Assembly (NCBI GenBank): GCA_037447475.1
Contig: JBBIGP010000004.1
Coordinates: 7,713-71,712, forward strand
Origin: Candidatus Aminicenantes bacterium
GTDB taxonomy: Bacteria; Acidobacteriota; Aminicenantia; Aminicenantales; Saccharicenantaceae
Direction of reading: 5' to 3'
DNA: 64,000 nucleotides
The notes under the pieces were generated by a model. The model was given only the letters and a program-made list of their open reading frames with translations. It did not search any database and had not been told where the DNA came from. A program made the translations under genes and the position numbers. Positions 19,976 to 28,134 of this stretch are shown here, in pieces; the stretch's first letter is position 1, and every line of letters begins with the position of its first letter.

Positions 19976-20558
19976 ATTCGAGCTCCAGCCACTTTCTCCG
20001 CAGCTTCTCAAGGTCCTCGGCGGGCAGGCGGGGCGCGTCTAAATAGCCCTTTTCCGACCTCTGGCGCAGGGCTTCGTAGAGGATGACGGCGACCGAGACC
20101 GACAGGTTGAGGCTCTGGACCATGCCCAGCATGGGGATGCGGACGATCCGGTCGGCGAAGGCCAGGGCCTCTTCCGAGATGCCCTCGGCCTCGCTGCCGA
20201 AGACGACCGCCGTCGGGCGGCAGAAATCGATCTCCGTGTAAGGGACCGAGTCCTTGCGGAGATGGGTGGCCAGGACCTGGAAGCCCGCCGTTTTCAGCGG
20301 TTGAAGGCCCGCGGCCGGCGTGCCGTGGACGCCGATCTCGAGCCACTTGTGGGCCCCCGTCGAGATGGCTTCGCTGAAATGGAGGAGCTCGGGATTCGGC
20401 GAGACGAGGTCGAGATGGAGGACGCCGGCCGCGTCACAGGTCCGCATGACGGCGCTGGCGTTGTGGGCCATGGCCACGCCTTCGAGGACGACCCGCAGGT
20501 CGGGCTGGCGAAGGAATAGGACGCGGTCGACCTTCTTCGTCCGCTCCGGCGTCGGCAT
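19974..20558 (-). CDS. trmH: tRNA (guanosine-2'-O)-methyltransferase, SpoU/TrmH family
   Basis: MPTPERTKKVDRVLFLRQPDLRVVLEGVAMAHNASAVMRTCDAAG, with C-terminal SPOUT knot motifs (VVFGSEAEGIS, IPMLGMVQSLNLSVS). ATG 20558 preferred over the track's TTG at 20594. Confidence 0.85.
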   Translation of the reverse strand: MPTPERTKKVDRVLFLRQPDLRVVLEGVAMAHNASAVMRTCDAAGVLHLDLVSPNPELLHFSEAISTGAHKWLEIGVHGTPAAGLQPLKTAGFQVLATHLRKDSVPYTEIDFCRPTAVVFGSEAEGISEEALAFADRIVRIPMLGMVQSLNLSVSVAVILYEALRQRSEKGYLDAPRLPAEDLEKLRRKWLELE

Positions 20559-20756
20559 GGATGAAATATACCAGAGGGGCGGGGGACGGGGCAACCATTC
20601 GGCCGTGCAGGTCAGGGAGGCATCGGGCCTGGGTAGAACAATCCGGAAGAGCGGGCGAGGTCCGGCCCAATCAGGATTTGGGAAGCCCCGACGGATAGGT
20701 GAAAGTCCTTGGTGAGAAAGGGAATGAAGCCTATTCGATCAACAGAGGTCCCGTTA

Positions 20757-20785
20757 TTGAAAAGAGGCGGCTTTTCCCTTATAGT
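20757..20785 (+). promoter_or_regulatory. Candidate sigma70 promoter of tRNA-Leu (TTGAAA-N17-TATAGT)
   Basis: TTGAAA at 20757-20762, 17-nt spacer, TATAGT at 20780-20785, 11 nt before the tRNA 5' end. Confidence 0.55.
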
Positions 20786-20796
20786 GAACGGGCCGC

Positions 20797-20882
20797 GCCG
20801 GTGTGGCGGAACTGGCAGACGCGCTGGACTCAAAATCCAGTCCGGAGCAATCTGGGTGTGGGTTCGATTCCCTCCACCGGCA
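20797..20882 (+). tRNA. tRNA-Leu (anticodon CAA), type II with long variable arm, no encoded CCA
   Basis: Acceptor GCCGGTG/CACCGGC, anticodon stem CTGGA/TCCAG with loop CTCAAAA, variable arm CCGGA-GCAA-TCTGG, T-loop TTCGATT. One U-U mismatch in the T-stem. Confidence 0.85.
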
Positions 20883-21027
20883 TACCGTTCTTTCTCATAG
20901 GCCCCCATTTCTCAAGCCCCCGGCGCCCCTCGTTTGACAACCCTGCCCCGCGGGACTATCATGCTTCCTTCGCCGGCACCCGGTATCCCCCCGGCGTCCG
21001 CCGGCATCCCTTGCGAGGAGAGTGACG

Positions 21028-21936
21028 ATGAAGAGACGCGGGATCCTCGGCGGTTTGCTCCTGACGGCCGTTCTCCTGGCGGGCTCGCCCGGCCCGGCCC
21101 AAGAATACGACTGGGAACAGTACAAGAGCTACGACGTGCCCTTCGTGCCGACCCCCATGGAGGTCGTCGACGAGATGCTCCGCCTGGTCGACATCAAGGC
21201 GGGCGACATCCTCTACGACCTGGGCTGCGGCGACGGACGGATCGTCGTCGCGGCGGCCAAGCGATACGGGATCAAGGCCATCGGCATCGACATCGATCCC
21301 GTCCGCATCTCGGAGAGCAAGCAGAACGCCATCGAAGGCGGGGTCGCCGACAAGGTCAAGTTCATGGAGGGCAACCTCTTCGAGGCCGATTTCAAGGACG
21401 CCTCGGTCATCACCATGTACCTCCTGACCTCGGTCAACCTGAGGCTGCGGCCCAAGCTGCTGGCCGAGCTCAAGCCGGGCACCCGGCTGGTCTCCCACAG
21501 CTTCGACATGGGGGACTGGAAGCCGGACAAGACCTCCATCGTCGGAACGGCCTACGATGACGAACGCCACGTGTATTTCTGGATCGTCCCGGCCAACGTC
21601 AGCGGCCGGTGGGATTGGACCGTCGCGGAGGGAGGCAAGAACCGGCGCTACACGTTCCAGGCCGAACAGAAATTCCAGGCCGTCAGCGCAACGGTGACCG
21701 CGAACGAATGGCCGCTGGCCGCCAAGGACATGAAGCTCGTGGGGGACCGGATCTCCTTCCGGCTCGACGTCGATGTCGACGGCAAGATGACGCCCTACTT
21801 GTATGAGGGCCGGGTCCAGGGGCACGCCATCGATGGCACGGCCCGCCCCCTCGGCAACCCCAAGAACTCGGAATTCAAATGGCGGGCCGTCCGCGACCCC
21901 AAGACCGTCGTGCCTCTCGACACCGGCGACGACTGA
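21028..21936 (+). CDS. Class I SAM-dependent methyltransferase with N-terminal export (Tat-like) signal and C-terminal ~110-aa domain
   Basis: ATG 21028 with GAGGAG SD. MKRRGILGGLLLTAVLLAGSPGPAQE, then PTPMEVVDEMLRL...ILYDLGCGDGRIVVAAAK (motif I) ...IGIDIDP. Confidence 0.8.
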   Translation: MKRRGILGGLLLTAVLLAGSPGPAQEYDWEQYKSYDVPFVPTPMEVVDEMLRLVDIKAGDILYDLGCGDGRIVVAAAKRYGIKAIGIDIDPVRISESKQNAIEGGVADKVKFMEGNLFEADFKDASVITMYLLTSVNLRLRPKLLAELKPGTRLVSHSFDMGDWKPDKTSIVGTAYDDERHVYFWIVPANVSGRWDWTVAEGGKNRRYTFQAEQKFQAVSATVTANEWPLAAKDMKLVGDRISFRLDVDVDGKMTPYLYEGRVQGHAIDGTARPLGNPKNSEFKWRAVRDPKTVVPLDTGDD

Positions 21937-21964
21937 GCCTGCCTCGGGCGTTGCGGGGGCATCC

Positions 21965-22666
21965 GTGAAGCGGATCGGCCTCATCGGCGGCATGACCTGG
22001 GAGTCGACGCTCGAGTATTACCGGATCATCAACGAACAGGTCAAGGCCCGGCTCGGAGGCTTCCACTCGGGCCGGATCCTGATGGATTCCCTCGATTTCG
22101 ATGAGATCGAGGCCTGCCAGAGCCGGGGCGACTGGGACGGATCCGCCCGCATCCTCGGCGACTCGGCCGAACGCCTGGAGAGGGCGGGCGCCGACCTCCT
22201 CCTCATCTGCACGAACACGATGCACAAGGTCGCCGACGCCGTGGCCGCGAGTGTCCGCATCCCGCTCCTCCATATCGTCGACGTCACGGCCCGCAGGATC
22301 CTGGCCGCCAGCTTGAGGACGGTCGGTCTCCTGGGCACGCGCTTCACCATGGAACAGGACTTTTACAAGGGCCGGCTCGCGGCGAAGTTCGGCGTGACGG
22401 CCCTGGTCCCCGGTCCCGAGGAGCGGGCCGTCGTGGACGGCGTCATCTACAACGAGCTGACCTTCGGGATCATCTCGCCGGAGTCGAGACGAAAGTACGT
22501 CCGGACGATCGAGGGTCTGGCCGAAAGGGGGGCCCAAGGCGTCATCCTCGGCTGCACGGAGATCCCGCTGCTCGTCCGGCAGGAGGACGTCCGAGTCCCG
22601 GTCTTCGACACGACCCGCATCCACGCGGAAGCCGCCGTCGAAGCCGCTCTCGGGATCAGGGATTGA
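21965..22666 (+). CDS. Aspartate/glutamate racemase family protein
   Basis: GTG start. KRIGLIGGMTWESTLEYYRIIN, LLLICTNTMHKV and GVILGCTEIPLL carry the two catalytic-Cys regions. Confidence 0.85.
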   Translation: MKRIGLIGGMTWESTLEYYRIINEQVKARLGGFHSGRILMDSLDFDEIEACQSRGDWDGSARILGDSAERLERAGADLLLICTNTMHKVADAVAASVRIPLLHIVDVTARRILAASLRTVGLLGTRFTMEQDFYKGRLAAKFGVTALVPGPEERAVVDGVIYNELTFGIISPESRRKYVRTIEGLAERGAQGVILGCTEIPLLVRQEDVRVPVFDTTRIHAEAAVEAALGIRD

Positions 22667-22693
22667 AGACCCGCCCGGGCCGGGAGGGGGGCT

Positions 22694-23062
22694 TCAGGAG
22701 ACCGAGGAGGGGATGCCTTCCCGTTCGCTGTAGAGGTGCCGGATCAGCGACAGAAGGGTCTGGGATATGCTGTGAAGGAACTCCACGCCGATCTCGAAAC
22801 GCTCCCCGTCCTCGCTCTTGCGGGTCCATTTGACCTCGCCGTCGATCTTCAGGGACTGGTGGGTCCTCTCGAGGTCGATGACGATCCGGATGACGCTGCC
22901 CACGGGGAAATCCTGCTGGCTCGAGATCCGGGCCCCGGACAGGGACAGATCCCGGGTGCAGGCGTTGATGCCGCGGTTGCCGGCCGCTTCCCGGGGTTCC
23001 AACGCCCCCTTGATGACGACGTTGTTCTCTTCCACGAAACGCTTATCTTTGCGGTGTTCCAT
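22694..23062 (-). CDS. PilZ domain protein (c-di-GMP receptor type)
   Basis: 122 aa. RKDKRF (RxxxR-like) and DLSLSGARI (DxSxxG) motifs. Strong GGAGGA SD. Confidence 0.8.
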   Translation of the reverse strand: MEHRKDKRFVEENNVVIKGALEPREAAGNRGINACTRDLSLSGARISSQQDFPVGSVIRIVIDLERTHQSLKIDGEVKWTRKSEDGERFEIGVEFLHSISQTLLSLIRHLYSEREGIPSSVS

Positions 23063-23212
23063 GTCAAGGTCCTCCGGGCGCCTTCACGGCGATCGTTCCA
23101 AGCGGCATTCTCATACGACCCCTTCGAGGGGTCAATCACCCCTAAAGGTGATTCGAAGGGTGATATCTCACCCCCTCGAGGTCACCCCGTCACCCGATCC
23201 TTTTTCTATCCT

Positions 23213-24283
23213 TCACTTCCTCCTTGTCAAGCTGAATGCGAGGAGGGTTTCCAGGACCTGGCGATAGCGGCGGTCGACAGGCAGGTCCCGGATGGCTGCC
23301 CCCGCGAGGCGCCCGTGACGGTCCATGGTCCGGCGGACGTCGTCGTCGATCCCATAGCGCCTGGCGAGCTCCCTGACGGCCCCGATGTCCTCTTCGGAGG
23401 CGTCCCGGCATCCGAGGATGGCCGTCAATCTCCTCCGTTCGCCGGCCGTGGCCTTCTCGAGCAGCTGGAGATGGATGAGCGTTTTCTTGCCCTGCCGGAT
23501 ATCGGACCCCACCGGCTTGCCCAGGACCTCCTCCTCGCCGAACAGCCCGAGCTCGTCGTCCTTGATCTGGAAGATCAGCCCCATGGCCTCGCCCAGGCGC
23601 TCCAATCGCCTCCGGACGGGGACTTTCCCGCCTCCGAGGACCCATCCCGCGGCCAGGGGGAGAGAGAAGGAATAGCGGGCCGTCTTGAACCGGTAGATGT
23701 CCAGGATCTCCTTTTCCGCGACGGACCGGGAGGAGGCCCCGGCGTGGATGTCCCGCATCTGGCCCAGGCCGACGAGGGCGAACGTGCTGGCGAAGAGCCT
23801 CTGAACGGCGGACGCCCGGTAGGGCGGGAGGCGGGGCGAGAGACCGGCCAGGGCCTCGAAGGCCAGGAAAATGGCGATCTCGCCGGCGCAGACGCCCATG
23901 CTGACCCCGAAGTGATCGGCGTCGGGAAGCCCCTCCTTTTCGGCCAGGAGGGCGTATTGGCGGTGGAGGGAGGGGGCGCCGCGCCTCCGGGGATCCCTGT
24001 CCATGATGTCGTCGTGGACGAGGAGGGCCGACTGGATGAGCTCCAGCGCGGCCCCCGTCCGGACCGCGTCCGCGGAGACGCGTCCTCCAGCCATCTCGCA
24101 TCCGAGGCAGACCAGCCCGCCGCGGATGAGCTTGCCTTTGCGGGTGAAGCCGGCCAGACGCCCGACGACGTCCTTCCCCCAGGGCCCGAGCCGGGCCATT
24201 TCGGCCTTCTTGCCTTCCAGGAAGCCGTCGAGGAACCTCAGCAGCCTCTTTCGGGTCCGCTCGAAATAGGTCTCGAAGGCCAT
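23213..24283 (-). CDS. Polyprenyl diphosphate synthase (GGPP/FPP synthase-like)
   Basis: Start ATG 24283 (MAFETYF...) overlaps the upstream stop by 1 nt. FARM LVHDDIMDRD. The SARM region is FQIKDDELG, where the third Asp is replaced by Gly. Confidence 0.9.
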   Translation of the reverse strand: MAFETYFERTRKRLLRFLDGFLEGKKAEMARLGPWGKDVVGRLAGFTRKGKLIRGGLVCLGCEMAGGRVSADAVRTGAALELIQSALLVHDDIMDRDPRRRGAPSLHRQYALLAEKEGLPDADHFGVSMGVCAGEIAIFLAFEALAGLSPRLPPYRASAVQRLFASTFALVGLGQMRDIHAGASSRSVAEKEILDIYRFKTARYSFSLPLAAGWVLGGGKVPVRRRLERLGEAMGLIFQIKDDELGLFGEEEVLGKPVGSDIRQGKKTLIHLQLLEKATAGERRRLTAILGCRDASEEDIGAVRELARRYGIDDDVRRTMDRHGRLAGAAIRDLPVDRRYRQVLETLLAFSLTRRK

Positions 24284-25128
24284 CAGATGCCTCCCCGCGG
24301 CTCGAGGACGTTGCGCAGCCCCGTGACGAAGATCCTGGCCCTCGACGGCCGGACCTTGCGGCGGAAGACGATGAACGGGTCGGCCGCGATGCGCCCGGCG
24401 GTCCATTCATACATCCGGGCGGCCGTCCGGACCGGGGCCCGAAAACGCCGGGGGATGAAGGCGTATCCTTTTTCGGCCTCGGCCTGCCAGGTCCTGTACC
24501 TGCCGATCTGCCCACCGACGAACTCCCGGAAGGCTTGCGGCCGGGACCTGGCCTCCTCTTCCGCCAGGGAGGACAATCCCGCCGCCCGCATCTCGTCCCG
24601 GGGGAAATAGATCCGGCCGAGGGCCAGGTCCTCCCGGATGTCCCGGAGGAAGTTGATGTACTGCATGGCCCGCCCCAGGAGACGGGCGCAGGGAAAAGCC
24701 TCGGGGGCGAGCCCCAGGATGCGCGACATCATCAGGCCGACGACCTCCGCCGACCCATAAACGTAGGACAGCGTCTCGCCGAGGGTCGCGTATTCCGTCT
24801 TGACGAGGTCCATGGACATCGAATCCAGGAAGGCCTCCGTCCAGGCCGGATCGAATCCGCGTCGCAGGGAGAGGTCGACGAAGCGGTCGATGACCGGCCC
24901 GGCCGAGGCCGTCTTCCCGTCCCGGCGGCCGGCATAGGCCTCCCGGAGCTTTCGGAATCCCGCCGCGTCCTGGGGCACGCGGTCGACAAGATCGTCGGCC
25001 GTCCGGACGAACCCGTAGAGGATCCCGACGTCCTCGCGGACGGGCCTCGGGAAGAAGCGGGAGCTGCGGAAGTAGGTCCGGCTCCCGCTCCGGAAGATGC
25101 CCGAGAAGACGCGGCCGTCAGTCTTCAT
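24283..25128 (-). CDS. Phytoene/squalene synthase family protein (CrtB/HpnD-like)
   Basis: YGFVRTADDLVD and YINFLRDIREDLALGRIYFP Asp-rich motifs. ATGA overlap with ispH. Confidence 0.9.
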   Translation of the reverse strand: MKTDGRVFSGIFRSGSRTYFRSSRFFPRPVREDVGILYGFVRTADDLVDRVPQDAAGFRKLREAYAGRRDGKTASAGPVIDRFVDLSLRRGFDPAWTEAFLDSMSMDLVKTEYATLGETLSYVYGSAEVVGLMMSRILGLAPEAFPCARLLGRAMQYINFLRDIREDLALGRIYFPRDEMRAAGLSSLAEEEARSRPQAFREFVGGQIGRYRTWQAEAEKGYAFIPRRFRAPVRTAARMYEWTAGRIAADPFIVFRRKVRPSRARIFVTGLRNVLEPRGGI

Positions 25129-25991
25129 GGACGACCCGTTCCGCGGCGGGCCCGGGCCTCCAGCCGCTCGACGACCTCGGAGATCAGGCTCTCGGGCGTC
25201 GAGGCGCCGGAGGCGATGAACACGGCCGCGTCGTCAGGGATGTCGATCGTCTCGACGCTCTCCGCGCTGTCGACGAGGTGAGTGCGGGGATTGATCCTCT
25301 CGGCGATGTGGAAGAGGTGCATGGTGTTGGCGCTGCGGCGGGAGCCGATGACGATGACGCAGTCGGCCGACCGGGTGTGCCGCTCCACCTCTTGCTGCCG
25401 GCTCTTTGTCGGCTGACAGATGGTGTCGTGGAAGACGACCTCAGGGACGACCTCGCGGATGCGCTCCAGGATGCGCCGGGCGTCCGCCTCGACGAACGTC
25501 GATTGGACGACGACGCCCGCCCTCGCGACGCCCTCGAAGAGCTCCGGGGTCACCTCCTCGGGCCTTCGAACGACCAGGGCCCGCCGGACCTGGCCGACGA
25601 TGCCCTGGACCTCCTCATGGCCGACCTGCCCGATGACGACAGGGGTGAGGCCCTCGGCTTCGATCTCCCGTATCCGTTCGTGGATGATGCGGACCATGGG
25701 ACAGGTCGCGTCGATGAACTCAAGCCCGCGCTCCCGGAGCTCCAGGTAACGGCGCAGGGGAGACCCGTGGCTCTGGAGGAGGACGACCCCGCCGGGCGGG
25801 ACCTCCTCCAGGGTCTGGACGATCTCCAGCCCCTTGGACCGCAGGGCCTCGATGACGTGCTCGTTGTGGACGAGCTCCCCGAGCATGTAATAGGAACGGT
25901 CCTGGTTCTCCGCCAGCAGCCGCTCGGTCAGGTCGAGCGTCTTCCGGACGCCGAAGCAATAGCTCAACGTCTCGGAAAGCACGATCTTCAT
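25125..25991 (-). CDS. ispH: 4-hydroxy-3-methylbut-2-enyl diphosphate reductase
   Basis: 288 aa. SYCFGVRKTL, GELVHNEHV and DTICQPT carry the three Cys of the 4Fe-4S site. Confidence 0.95.
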   Translation of the reverse strand: MKIVLSETLSYCFGVRKTLDLTERLLAENQDRSYYMLGELVHNEHVIEALRSKGLEIVQTLEEVPPGGVVLLQSHGSPLRRYLELRERGLEFIDATCPMVRIIHERIREIEAEGLTPVVIGQVGHEEVQGIVGQVRRALVVRRPEEVTPELFEGVARAGVVVQSTFVEADARRILERIREVVPEVVFHDTICQPTKSRQQEVERHTRSADCVIVIGSRRSANTMHLFHIAERINPRTHLVDSAESVETIDIPDDAAVFIASGASTPESLISEVVERLEARARRGTGRP

Positions 25992-26009
25992 GACGGCACA
26001 GGACCTCTC

Positions 26010-26258
26010 TCAGGCGTTCCGGACGTCGAAACGCCGCGGGGCGTAAAGGAACCCGAAAGACCGGGCTTGGCCCTTGCCGAAGCTCTGGTGGCGGTCGGCA
26101 TGCGCCCGGACGATTCGCTTGAGGTAGAACGTCCAGGGCTTGAGACGGAGCCCCCGGACCCGCTTATGGAACATGACATGCTTGTGGGTGGCCCAAGCCA
26201 CGCCCTCCATGAGGACGGCGACGGACAGAGCGAGCAGAATGGCGGCCGCGGCGATCAT
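26010..26258 (-). CDS. Small membrane protein resembling a CrtZ (beta-carotene hydroxylase) with the central two His-boxes missing
   Basis: MIAAAAILLALSVAVLMEGVAWATHKHVMFH...YLKRIVRAHADRHQSFGKGQARSFGFLYAP. Remembered Pantoea CrtZ has VIGMEVIAALAHKYIMH at the N-terminus and YLKRLYMAHRMHHAVRGKEGCVSFGFLYAP at the C-terminus. An alternative GTG start at 26414 would add another TM helix. Confidence 0.45.
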   Translation of the reverse strand: MIAAAAILLALSVAVLMEGVAWATHKHVMFHKRVRGLRLKPWTFYLKRIVRAHADRHQSFGKGQARSFGFLYAPRRFDVRNA

Positions 26259-26419
26259 CGGTGTTCCCTTGGAGAGGCTATCTTGGCAGAAGTCCGAAGG
26301 CCTGTCAACGCGCGAAAAACTCGAGGAGCCGCTCGTTCGGCCTCGCTCCCAGCGGAACATCCTGGCGGAGAGCAGGACGCCGATGACCAGGGGCCCGGCG
26401 AGGACGGCGATCACCGTAG

Positions 26420-27430
26420 TTACCGGGAGAGGGGGTTGCCGAACGTACGCCTATAATGCTCCCAGCCGTCGCGGACCGTCTTTTCGATAGGGGTGTACGC
26501 GTGCTCGAACCCCAGCCGGCTCTTGGCGTTGTCGTAATAGGCCGTCCATCCGCTCAACCGCCCGTACGCGGCCGTGAGCAGCGGCCGTCGCCTGCTCACC
26601 CGGCTGACCCCTTCGAGGAGGCCGCCGAGGGCGGCGAGCAGGCCGGCCGGCAGCGGGAAGGGATGCGCCCGGCGTCCGCAGGCCCCGGCGATGAGGCGGA
26701 TGACCTCCCGATAGGGCAGGTTGGCCCCGACGACGAGGTAGCTTTCGCCGCACCGGCCGCGCCCCTCGAGCGCCTTGAGGATGACGGCGACGAGATCGCG
26801 GACATCGACCACGGCCAGTCCTCCCGAGAACGAGCCGAAGAGGCGTCCGTTCGAGATCCGGCGATAGAGCTCGTTGTGCGGGCTTTTCAAGTTATGGTCG
26901 CCCGGGCCCATGATGGAGGCCGGGTTGAGGATGACGGCGGGAAGCCCGTTTTCACGGACGGCCCGTTCGACGAGGTCCTGTCCGCGCCGCTTCGAGCCCA
27001 TGTAAAGGATATCCGGCGGCCAGTTGAAGGGGGTCGATTCGTCCGCGGGCCGGCCGGACCTGTCGAAACCGATCGCGCCCACCGAAGAGATATGGATGAG
27101 CCGGCTCACGCGGGCGGCCAGGCAGGCCTCGATGATCGACCGGACGCCGTCGACATTGATCTCGTCCAGCCAGCCGGCGTCCCCCTTCCAGTACGAGATG
27201 AACCCGGCCAGATGGACGACATGGGTCTGCCCGTCGACGGCCCGTGCGACGGAGGGACGGTCCCGAATGTCGCCTTCGAACAGGCGGATCCCCGACCGCC
27301 TCCAGGCGTCGGACAAGGGGTCGCCGGGCAGAGCGAGAGCGGAAACGCTCTCCCGACCGTAACGGTCGACGAGTTCCGGGACCAGGACGGAACCGACGAA
27401 ACCCGTCGCCCCGGTGACGAGGACCTTCAC
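26420..27430 (-). CDS. Extended SDR, NAD-dependent epimerase/dehydratase (3beta-HSD/HpnA-like) 1
   Basis: VKVLVTGATGFVGS Rossmann motif and YMGSK catalytic YxxxK. GTGA overlap with the downstream gene. Confidence 0.85.
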   Translation of the reverse strand: MKVLVTGATGFVGSVLVPELVDRYGRESVSALALPGDPLSDAWRRSGIRLFEGDIRDRPSVARAVDGQTHVVHLAGFISYWKGDAGWLDEINVDGVRSIIEACLAARVSRLIHISSVGAIGFDRSGRPADESTPFNWPPDILYMGSKRRGQDLVERAVRENGLPAVILNPASIMGPGDHNLKSPHNELYRRISNGRLFGSFSGGLAVVDVRDLVAVILKALEGRGRCGESYLVVGANLPYREVIRLIAGACGRRAHPFPLPAGLLAALGGLLEGVSRVSRRRPLLTAAYGRLSGWTAYYDNAKSRLGFEHAYTPIEKTVRDGWEHYRRTFGNPLSR

Positions 27431-28134
27431 GGCCTCTTTTCCCGCCTTCGCAGAAAGAGAATGGTGTCCGTGGCCACCCCCGCCGCGGCGTGGAGGATGA
27501 ATGGATAGAGGAACGAGCCCGTCAGCCAGGCGATGATCCCGAAAACGAGCCCCGCTCCGGCCGCGGCGAAGACCTCGGTGTCGGGGTGCCCGATATGAAG
27601 GAGAGTGGAGATCATCGTCTGCACGGCGAGGGCCGGGATGAGCCCGATGGCCGGGACGAGCGGCAGGAAGAGGACGCCCCGGAAGACGAATTCCCAGGGG
27701 AGGTAGTAAAGGACGACGAACGCGGCCTCATAGGCCACGAAGGTCCGGGCCGAGGCGCAGGCGTCCTTGGCGAAGGGGTACATGCGGGCCATCCCGGGAT
27801 CGCGGGCGCCGATGGCGCTGGCCGCGACAGCCACGGGGATGCCGACCGCGGCGATGAGCGCTCCCAGGTCCGCCCGCCCGAAGGTCCAGCCCCAGGAGGC
27901 CAGCGTGATCATGGGTTCGGCTGCGGCCAGGCACACGATGAGCAGGGGAGCGGCCAGGGCGAGGCCGAAGAACGAGACGAAATAGAGCCGGACGGCGCGC
28001 AGCTCGGGCCTCTTCTCCCGGAGGCGCCGGAAGTGAAGCCCCGTCGCGAGCAGGGTCAAGGCCAGAACCAGCTCCAGATAGACCAAAGACAGAGGCCATT
28101 TCAAGCCGGCGGCTTCATCGATCCACGCGCCCAC
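27427..28134 (-). CDS. CPBP-family intramembrane metalloprotease (CAAX protease-like)
   Basis: Polytopic. PWEFVFRGVLF (EExxxR-type motif 1 variant) and TLLHIGH / FILHAAAG His motifs. GTG start overlaps the upstream gene by 20 nt. Confidence 0.7.
   Translation of the reverse strand: MGAWIDEAAGLKWPLSLVYLELVLALTLLATGLHFRRLREKRPELRAVRLYFVSFFGLALAAPLLIVCLAAAEPMITLASWGWTFGRADLGALIAAVGIPVAVAASAIGARDPGMARMYPFAKDACASARTFVAYEAAFVVLYYLPWEFVFRGVLFLPLVPAIGLIPALAVQTMISTLLHIGHPDTEVFAAAGAGLVFGIIAWLTGSFLYPFILHAAAGVATDTILFLRRREKRP

Noticed and set aside
26259-26414. Longer 134-aa form of the mini-CrtZ protein starting at GTG 26414
   Set aside because: Not firmly rejected. It would add a plausible TM helix and keep operon spacing tight. 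However, the linker (RWERGRTSGSSSFSRVDRPSDFCQDSLSKGTP) looks non-coding, and the CrtZ-like similarity starts at the internal ATG. Reported as the short form with the alternative noted.
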